Source: a virus (Duplodnaviria; Heunggongvirae; Uroviricota; Caudoviricetes). From it: 64,000 nt of DNA. The notes beneath the pieces are model-generated. The model ran no database searches, had not been told where the DNA came from, and saw nothing but the letters and a program-made list of their open reading frames with translations. The stretch covers positions 64,001 through 128,000 of the IMG/VR virus record IMGVR_UViG_3300033549_000065, one strand, 5' to 3'. Shown one piece after another: positions 21,038 through 28,394 of this stretch. The translations under genes and the position numbers were made by a program. Position 1 is the first letter of the stretch; every line of letters begins with the position of its first letter.

Positions 21038-21948
21038 TAGTATTAGGTAGTAATGGAATGGTTGGAAGTGCAATATATAAGCAGTTGCAGTTAGAAGGTT
21101 GTGAAAATGTCGTTGGTATTACTCATCAACAGAGAGAATTAGATGATGAAGTTCAAACAAAATGGTTATTCCGTGATGAGCAATTTGATTATGTATTTCA
21201 ATGTGCTGCTTTGGTCGGAGGATTATTTGCAAATAGTCAATTTCCAGTTGAGTTTTATCAACAGAATGCTCGGATTAATGCAAACGTATTGAAATATGCT
21301 CATGAAACTAATGTTAAAAAAGTTATGATATTAGGGAGTTCGTGCATTTATCCAAAACGTTGTAAACAGCCAATTACAGAAAGCGAATTATTATCTGGTA
21401 GGCTTGAAACCTCAAATGAAATGTATGCACTTGCCAAGATTTCAACTATAAAGCTTGCTCAAGCATACTGTAAAGAATATGGATGTAATTATATAAGTGT
21501 TATGCCATGCTCATTAATAGGCTCTAATGATAACTTTGACCCCAATACCTCTCATTTTATTCCCGGTATTATGAAAAGAATGGACGATGCCAAGGTTAAC
21601 GGAATTGGTAAAGTTACTATTATGGGTACTGGAACGCCTCGCAGAGAATTTTTATATGTTAATGATTTTGCAGAAATGGCAGTTTGGCTCATGAATAATT
21701 ATGACAGTCCAGAACTGATTAATATCGGTTCAGGTGTTGAATACAGTATTGCTGAGATAGCAGAAATGATAAAAGGGATTGTTGGGTACGAAGGGAAACT
21801 TGTGTTCGATAAGAAAGCTCCAAACGGAACGATGAGAAAGTTATTGGATGTAAGCAAGATGAATGCACTTGGATTAAGCTATAAGACTGAATTAAAAGAA
21901 GCAATTGAAAAATTATATGAGTGGTATATTAAAAATAATGATATTTAA
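21016..21948 (+). CDS. fcl: GDP-L-fucose synthase
   Basis: GSNGMVG, AALVGG, LGSSCIYP, YALAK, SHFIP, GTGTPRREFLYV. Confidence 0.95.
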   Translation: MEKTSKIIVLGSNGMVGSAIYKQLQLEGCENVVGITHQQRELDDEVQTKWLFRDEQFDYVFQCAALVGGLFANSQFPVEFYQQNARINANVLKYAHETNVKKVMILGSSCIYPKRCKQPITESELLSGRLETSNEMYALAKISTIKLAQAYCKEYGCNYISVMPCSLIGSNDNFDPNTSHFIPGIMKRMDDAKVNGIGKVTIMGTGTPRREFLYVNDFAEMAVWLMNNYDSPELINIGSGVEYSIAEIAEMIKGIVGYEGKLVFDKKAPNGTMRKLLDVSKMNALGLSYKTELKEAIEKLYEWYIKNNDI

Positions 21949-21980
21949 ATATTAAATAAAAAATTTATATATTTAAATAC
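21941..21980. promoter_or_regulatory. Double box, 28 bp period
   Basis: ATATTTAAATAT at 21941, ATATTTAAATAC at 21969. Confidence 0.8.
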
Positions 21981-21992
21981 GAAAGGAAAATT

Positions 21993-23003
21993 ATGTTTAA
22001 ATTAAATTTAGTTGATGTAACACTTCGTGACGGAGGATATGTTAATAATTGGGAATTCGGGCATTCTAACGCTCGCAATATTATTCAACTCCTCCAAGAA
22101 GCAAATGTAAATGTTATAGAGTGCGGAATACTCGGAAAAACTAACAACACGGAAAGCACAATGTTTAATAATTTAGAAGATTTTAAAAGCATTTTACCTC
22201 CAAAAGTAGAAGGTTGTAAATATGCTGCTATGATAAATTTTGTTGGCAAAGACGACTTTATAATTACAGAACGTAAACCAGATGGAATTGACATTATAAG
22301 ATTGGCTTTCTTTAAAGAGGATTTTATTCAAGCTACATTTTTTGCAGAGCATTTAATACAATTGGGTTATGAAGTTAGTTTAAATGCTATGGCAATACAC
22401 ATGTATAATAGGATTGAATTGACAAATTTAATTGCACTTGTCAATATTATTAAGCCTACTGTTTTTTATATGGTTGACTCTTTCAGTGCAATTACTCAGA
22501 CTGATGAATTCTTTGCAATAATTAACGCTCGGTTAAATGATGATATTGATTTTGGTATTCATTGTCATAATGCTTTACAAATGGCAAACGCAAATACAAT
22601 GAATTTTATATTAGCTGGAATTTCAATGAAAAGAGATATATGGGTTGACACAAGTATTGCTGGAATGGGTAGAGGCGCGGGAAATGCTGTCACTGAAGTA
22701 ATTATGAGTAATCTAAATACTTCTGCGGTATTTGAACCACAATACGACATAACTAAGGTTATTGAGATTTATGAGAAGTATATTTCAAAAATTTATAAGG
22801 AATTCCCTTGGGGATATACATTGAAGCATTATTTATGTGCTGTTAAAGAAGTCAATCCTGCTTATATTTGGTACTTAGATAAAAATGGAATAACAGACTT
22901 AAATGAAATTCAATTAATCTTAAGTGAGATTCCAGAATACTGTAAACATTACTTAAATAAAGAAGAAATTAATAAGATTATAGAAGGAAAAGCAGATGAA
23001 TAA
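21993..23003 (+). CDS. DRE-TIM (HMGL-like) aldolase
   Basis: DVTLRDGGY, GIHCHN, GMGRGAGN motifs. Confidence 0.85.
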   Translation: MFKLNLVDVTLRDGGYVNNWEFGHSNARNIIQLLQEANVNVIECGILGKTNNTESTMFNNLEDFKSILPPKVEGCKYAAMINFVGKDDFIITERKPDGIDIIRLAFFKEDFIQATFFAEHLIQLGYEVSLNAMAIHMYNRIELTNLIALVNIIKPTVFYMVDSFSAITQTDEFFAIINARLNDDIDFGIHCHNALQMANANTMNFILAGISMKRDIWVDTSIAGMGRGAGNAVTEVIMSNLNTSAVFEPQYDITKVIEIYEKYISKIYKEFPWGYTLKHYLCAVKEVNPAYIWYLDKNGITDLNEIQLILSEIPEYCKHYLNKEEINKIIEGKADE

Positions 23004-23757
23004 TGAATTAAAACGGATTAGAAAAAAAATTCTTTACTATGCTTATAGAGGGCAAGAAGCAAACCTTCAGAGTGCCTTTTCTGCCCTTGAAACCATATGG
23101 GTGTTATACAACAAGGTAATGAAAAAAAACACGTCAAAACGGTCGTATTTTGATAATTTTATACTTAGCAAAGGACAAGCTTCTCTTGCTCAATATGTAG
23201 TACTTGAAGATATTGGATTAATCAGCGAAGAAGCTCTTGAAACTTATTGTAAGTTTAATTCGCCCTTTGGCGCTCAAGCTGATAGATGTAAATTTGATAA
23301 TTTTATTGAGACTTCTACTGGTTCTCTTGGACATGGATTACCTATGGCTGTTGGTATTGCTTTAGCAAAGAAAACAAAAGGTATAGACTCTAATGTCTTT
23401 TGCTTATGTGGGGACGGAGAATTTAATGAGGGTACAATGTGGGAATCTTGTATGCTTGCGAGTAAAAAGAAATTAAGAAATCTTAAAATAATCATAGAAA
23501 ATAATAACGATGGAACACCAGATTTAGCAAGGAAATTAGAAGCTTTTGGCATAACAGCATATAACTGCATAGATGGACATGATACCAATAATCTGTCTCA
23601 AGCTTTGAGTTGGGTATCTGCTAATCCAATGGCCTTTATATTAAGGACAATTAGAGGTTATGGCTGTCATACACTTGCGAATGACAATTCATGGTGGCAT
23701 AAATCTCCTAATTTAGATGAGTTATTTTCATTGGTAAGTGAGGTGGATAGGTTTTGA
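22996..23757 (+). CDS. Transketolase-like protein, N-terminal TPP-binding subunit
   Basis: LSKGQA, STGSLGHG, GDGEFNEG...WE...NN. Confidence 0.9.
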   Translation: MNNELKRIRKKILYYAYRGQEANLQSAFSALETIWVLYNKVMKKNTSKRSYFDNFILSKGQASLAQYVVLEDIGLISEEALETYCKFNSPFGAQADRCKFDNFIETSTGSLGHGLPMAVGIALAKKTKGIDSNVFCLCGDGEFNEGTMWESCMLASKKKLRNLKIIIENNNDGTPDLARKLEAFGITAYNCIDGHDTNNLSQALSWVSANPMAFILRTIRGYGCHTLANDNSWWHKSPNLDELFSLVSEVDRF

Positions 23758-24635
23758 GAAAGCAAATGTTTAAGACTGTCAGTGAAGTAATAAAATCTGA
23801 TTACAATACCTCATTATTTCTTGTTGACATTGGAGTTATGGGATTTAAAGATGTTTTGCGAGAACATGATGATAGGTGTATGAATATAGGCGTTTTTGAG
23901 GACGGAATGGTATCTATGATGGCAGGAATGGCATTAGGTGGGTATATACCTATCGTATATGGAATATCGCCATTTATCATCGAAAGAGCATACGAACAAC
24001 TTAAGTTAGATTTTAATTATCAGATGCTTGGGGGGAATTTTATTCTTTCTGGTGCTGCTTATGATTTTTCTAAATACGGTTATTCTCACTACTGTCCAGC
24101 GGATTTAGGATTGGTTCAAATGTTACCAAATGCTAAATTTATAGCTCCCGGTACTGGACAGGAATTTGAGGAGTTATTTAAGATGAATTATAAAAGCACA
24201 GTTCCAGTGTTCTATAGGCTTTCTGACTTTCCAAATGAAAATGAGGTAGATGTAGGATTTAACAGAGCTAAAATAATAAAAAGAGGTTCAAAGGCTACTG
24301 TAATTGCTGTTTCGACAATGCTTGATAAAGTTATTGAGGCTTGTGGAGATGAAGATGTTACGATTTTATATTACACTACTTTAAAACCATTTGATTATAG
24401 TACTTTGTGCAGTGAATACGTAGGGGATAGAATTTTACTTTGCGAACCTTATTATTATGGACTTTTAACACAAGATATTGTTAATGCCATTACACCAAGT
24501 CCTGTGAGGATTGATTATGTAGGATTACCAAGAAAAATATTTAGGGATTATGGGACAAAACAGGAAAAAGATGAATATTACGGGCTTACTGTTGAAAATA
24601 TTCAGGACAAGTTAAGAGGGTTAATAAATGAATAG
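23754..24635 (+). CDS. Transketolase-like protein, C-terminal subunit
   Basis: NIGVFE, RAYEQ, YSH; pyrimidine-binding plus C-terminal domain layout. Confidence 0.9.
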   Translation: MRKQMFKTVSEVIKSDYNTSLFLVDIGVMGFKDVLREHDDRCMNIGVFEDGMVSMMAGMALGGYIPIVYGISPFIIERAYEQLKLDFNYQMLGGNFILSGAAYDFSKYGYSHYCPADLGLVQMLPNAKFIAPGTGQEFEELFKMNYKSTVPVFYRLSDFPNENEVDVGFNRAKIIKRGSKATVIAVSTMLDKVIEACGDEDVTILYYTTLKPFDYSTLCSEYVGDRILLCEPYYYGLLTQDIVNAITPSPVRIDYVGLPRKIFRDYGTKQEKDEYYGLTVENIQDKLRGLINE

Positions 24636-25650
24636 ATTTTTAGAATATGATGCTTTAGATGTAGTATTAAGAATGGATATGGAATATTTCAGAGACAAGA
24701 GAATACTTATAACTGGCGCTACTGGTTTACTCGGAACAAATTTTGTTGCTTCTTTGGCTATGATGAATATGGATTTTCGTTGTACTATAACGTTCAACAG
24801 TAAACTAGAAAAACATTTCATTGAAATTATTGATGAACGATTTCAGTTAGTAAAGGGTGATTTAACATCTAATGAAGTCACAGATTTTTTAGAAGACGAA
24901 TCCTATGATTGTATTATACACTGCGCTACCTATGGACAACCAGCGTTAATATTTGATAAATCTCAATTTAAAAATCAACTCAAAACAGTGCAGCTCAATA
25001 CTTCGGTTTTAATTAATCTTTTTAGTCTTTTGAAAAAAGATGGAAAGTTTTTATTCATAAGCACTTCAGAAGTTTATCAAGGCTTAACAGGAGAACATAA
25101 AGAACATGAAATCGGAACTACTAACACGACACACCCAAGAGCTTGTTATATAGAAGCAAAACGATGTGGAGAGGCTATATGCGACATCTACAGAAAACAA
25201 GGTTATGATGTTAAAATTATCAGACTGTGTTTGGGTTATGGAAGTGGGATTAAAAAAACAGATACGCGAGCATTAAATACTTTTATATACGAGGGATTAG
25301 TCAAAGGAAAAATAGATTTACTTGATTCTGGTTCTGCAATAAGAGCCTATTGTTATGTATCTGATGTTATTTACATGGCTTTGAACATTTTAATCAATGG
25401 ACAAGACTTTATTTATAACGTTGGAAGTACTGAAAAAACAACCATCAAACAACTTGCCGAGAGAATCGGTCTTATCTTAGACGTTCCCGTTAATATTCCT
25501 TCTGAAAACAAAGAAATCACTGGCGCTGTAAATTGTGTAGCTTTAAATCTTGATAAGTACATATCTGAGTTCGGAGAATATAAATTTATATCTTTAAAGT
25601 ATGGCCTTGAAAGAATTATAGGCTGGTGGAAATTCCTACTAGATAAATAA
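24628..25650 (+). CDS. NAD-dependent SDR epimerase/dehydratase, UDP-glucuronate decarboxylase-like
   Basis: TGATGLLG, STSEVY, RACYIEAKRCGE (YxxxK), RAYCYVSD. Confidence 0.85.
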   Translation: MNRFLEYDALDVVLRMDMEYFRDKRILITGATGLLGTNFVASLAMMNMDFRCTITFNSKLEKHFIEIIDERFQLVKGDLTSNEVTDFLEDESYDCIIHCATYGQPALIFDKSQFKNQLKTVQLNTSVLINLFSLLKKDGKFLFISTSEVYQGLTGEHKEHEIGTTNTTHPRACYIEAKRCGEAICDIYRKQGYDVKIIRLCLGYGSGIKKTDTRALNTFIYEGLVKGKIDLLDSGSAIRAYCYVSDVIYMALNILINGQDFIYNVGSTEKTTIKQLAERIGLILDVPVNIPSENKEITGAVNCVALNLDKYISEFGEYKFISLKYGLERIIGWWKFLLDK

Positions 25651-25670
25651 TTTAATAGAAAAATTTTTTA

Positions 25671-25710
25671 ATATTTAAATATGCAAATAAAATAATGCGT
25701 ATTTAAATAT
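25671..25710. promoter_or_regulatory. Double box, 28 bp period
   Basis: ATATTTAAATAT at 25671, GTATTTAAATAT at 25699. Confidence 0.8.
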
Positions 25711-25742
25711 GCAAAAAAATAAATAACAAAGGATGAAATGGA

Positions 25743-26624
25743 ATGTTCGATGAAAACAATTTACCTACAGTTACTATAGGTTGTCCTTTAGCCAATCGTC
25801 AATACACGATAAATAGGTATTTAGATGGTATTTACGGTTTAGATTATCCAAAAGATAAAATTAAATTATTTTTTCTGTTGAATAATAGTAAGGATGATAC
25901 TGAATTTGAATTAAAACGCTTTAAACAAAGGTATGGCAAGGAATACTTAGATGTTACTATTGAAAAGTTTAAGGGTTTACCAAATAAAGAAGACAGAAGG
26001 GTTACGCATGTAAGAGCTGAAATATACAAGAAATTATCTGTTCTGAGAAATCATGTATTAGATGCAGTTGATACGGATTTTTATTTTAGCGTTGACTCAG
26101 ATATTATATTAAATTCTGATGTTTTAACGGATTTAATAAGAGCAGATAAAGACATTATAGCAGCAGTTGTGAATAACGACATGCTTTTAAGACCTTATGA
26201 TGAATACCCAAATATCAGAACTAATTTATTGGTTTGCGAAGGAAAAATAATAACACATAAATTAAACTTTGAATTAAATGATGTTGTAGAAGTTGATGTA
26301 ACTGGTGCTTGTATATTGATGTCAAATAAGGTCTGCAAGGAAACTCGCTATAGTTTTCATAATCAAGGAGAAGATGTAAGTTGGTCTTTTGATGCAAAGG
26401 AAAAGGGTTACACACTTTATGCCCATACAGGACAATGGCAAAAACATATTATGTGTGAATATATGCCGTATTGCATAGAAAACAAATGCCAAAATCCTTG
26501 CGTAAAGGTAAATAGCGAAGACAAAGTTTATCAATATAAATATAAAGACAATGTAGTTTATCCGAATTTAATAAGATGTGGAAAATTGGTTAAAGGAGAT
26601 AAACCATTGCTCGAAAACATTTGA
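25743..26624 (+). CDS. GT-A (GT2-like) glycosyltransferase
   Basis: RNHVL, FSVDSD (DxD), VTGACILM, GED motifs. Confidence 0.8.
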   Translation: MFDENNLPTVTIGCPLANRQYTINRYLDGIYGLDYPKDKIKLFFLLNNSKDDTEFELKRFKQRYGKEYLDVTIEKFKGLPNKEDRRVTHVRAEIYKKLSVLRNHVLDAVDTDFYFSVDSDIILNSDVLTDLIRADKDIIAAVVNNDMLLRPYDEYPNIRTNLLVCEGKIITHKLNFELNDVVEVDVTGACILMSNKVCKETRYSFHNQGEDVSWSFDAKEKGYTLYAHTGQWQKHIMCEYMPYCIENKCQNPCVKVNSEDKVYQYKYKDNVVYPNLIRCGKLVKGDKPLLENI

Positions 26625-26650
26625 GAAGCCGAAAGGCTTCTTTTTTTTAT
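26624..26650 (+). terminator. Intrinsic terminator closing the glycan island
   Basis: AGAAGCC-GAAA-GGCTTCT plus T-run; same AAGCC-GAAA-GGCTT core as the terminator at 1305. Confidence 0.85.
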
Positions 26651-26672
26651 TAGAAAAATAGGAGGTTAAAAA

Positions 26673-28394
26673 ATGACTGTTTTAGATAACAAATTACAAA
26701 GAAATACTTCTGATGGACATATTATGCCAATGCAATTTTATGACGAAGCTTCAGACTCAATGTTAGTAGTAACGGCAACTACTCCGTTGCCTGTAAATAT
26801 TTCAGAAGCAGAGATTCAAGTTGCGGTTGAGATTAATGTAGATGATATAATTACAGTAAAGCAACCCACTCATGATGATTTAAATTGTAATGCCAATATT
26901 CAATTTGGAAATGCAGACATAAGTTCTTCAACGCCTTTACCAATAGAGATAAGTCAATTGGTAGATGGAACAACAAATAAGGTTCAAGCAAGAAACGCTA
27001 CTCATGATAATTTTCAAGTTAATGCAACTGTTCAATTAGGAAATGCGGATATCTCAGCCAGTACGCCATTACCAGTTACAAATGAGACTCATGATTTATT
27101 CAACGTTAACGCCAATGTTCAATTAGGTAATGCAGATGTATCAAGCAGTACGCCTTTGCCGATGGAAATAAGCCAATTAGTAGATGGCACTACGAATAAA
27201 GTACAAGCTCGAAATGCAACGCATGACAACTTTCAAGTTAATGCAACTATTCAATTGGGAGATGCAGACGTGAGTTCAAGCACTCCTTTACCAGTAACTT
27301 CAGCTACCCATGATTTATTTAATGTTAATGCTACTGTACAGCTTGGCAATGCTGATGTTTCATCTAGTACTCCTCTGCCTGTTACCAATGAAACACATGA
27401 TTTGTTTAATGTAAACGCAAACGTACAATTTGGAAATGCTGATGTAAGCTCTAGTACTCCATTACCTGTAACGGGAATAGTTTCAAATCCTACTCATGAT
27501 GATTTTAACGTTAATGCTACGCTTCAATTAGGAGATGCTGACATTTCGGCTTCAACACCTTTGCCTGTAACGAGTGCTACGCATGACTTATTTAATGTTA
27601 ATGCAAACGTACAATTTGGAAATGCAGATGTTTCAAGTTCTACTCCATTGCCTGTGACGGGAGAAGTCACAAGTTCTGCTCATGACAATTTTAAGGTAAA
27701 TGCTACTCTACAGTTAAGCGATGCAGACATTAGTTCATCTACTCCTTTACCCGTAACAAGTGCTACTCATGACTTATTTAATGTAAATGCAAATGTTCAA
27801 TTCGGAAATACAGACGTAAGTTCTGCTACACCATTACCAATAGCAGGAGAAGTCACAAGTGGAACACATGATAATTTTAAAGTTAATGCTACTTTGCAAC
27901 TTGGAGATGCGGATATTAGTTCTTCTACTCCATTGCCAGTAACTAATGAGACACATGATTTGCTTAATTGCAATGCAAATGTACAGTTTGGTAATGCAGA
28001 TGTTAGTTCTGCTACACCTTTACCAGTTAATCTTGAAGTTGGAAATACTGCTGTAAGCAATACAAATCCTATCCCAATAGTTGAGAGAAAAACTAATGTT
28101 GCTCCGGCAGCAAGCCCTGTAACAGTAGATACTACTGTTGGCGGTACTACAATTTGCGCTGAAAATGCAAATAGGTTAAGAATAACAATTCAAAATACTG
28201 GAACTGAGCCATGTATAGTTCGCCTTGGTGGAAATCCAACAACTTCAGCTTATAATTTTATTTTATTCACTGATACTTCAGCTAGAAAAGGTGAAGGAGG
28301 AAGTTGGACTTGTGATAAATACTATGGTGCTATTAAAGGCTTAACAGAGGCTAATTCAACTACGATTGCAGTAACGGAAGAGGTGAGCGCATAA
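26673..28394 (+). CDS. Repeat-rich putative virion fibre / decoration protein
   Basis: 12 copies of HDxxxxNA[TN]xQ[LF]G[ND]AD[VI]SSSTPLP[VIM] plus a C-terminal beta domain of about 100 aa. Confidence 0.75.
   Translation: MTVLDNKLQRNTSDGHIMPMQFYDEASDSMLVVTATTPLPVNISEAEIQVAVEINVDDIITVKQPTHDDLNCNANIQFGNADISSSTPLPIEISQLVDGTTNKVQARNATHDNFQVNATVQLGNADISASTPLPVTNETHDLFNVNANVQLGNADVSSSTPLPMEISQLVDGTTNKVQARNATHDNFQVNATIQLGDADVSSSTPLPVTSATHDLFNVNATVQLGNADVSSSTPLPVTNETHDLFNVNANVQFGNADVSSSTPLPVTGIVSNPTHDDFNVNATLQLGDADISASTPLPVTSATHDLFNVNANVQFGNADVSSSTPLPVTGEVTSSAHDNFKVNATLQLSDADISSSTPLPVTSATHDLFNVNANVQFGNTDVSSATPLPIAGEVTSGTHDNFKVNATLQLGDADISSSTPLPVTNETHDLLNCNANVQFGNADVSSATPLPVNLEVGNTAVSNTNPIPIVERKTNVAPAASPVTVDTTVGGTTICAENANRLRITIQNTGTEPCIVRLGGNPTTSAYNFILFTDTSARKGEGGSWTCDKYYGAIKGLTEANSTTIAVTEEVSA

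Noticed and set aside
12576-26624. Host LPS/EPS locus marking a prophage boundary or misassembly
   Set aside because: Flanked on both sides by phage tail genes, contains a phage HNH-AP2 gene and the phage 28 bp boxes, and lacks transport / polymerase genes
26673-28394. CRISPR array or DNA-level tandem repeat
   Set aside because: Repeats are conserved as protein but degenerate at synonymous sites; no identical repeats with unique spacers and no cas genes
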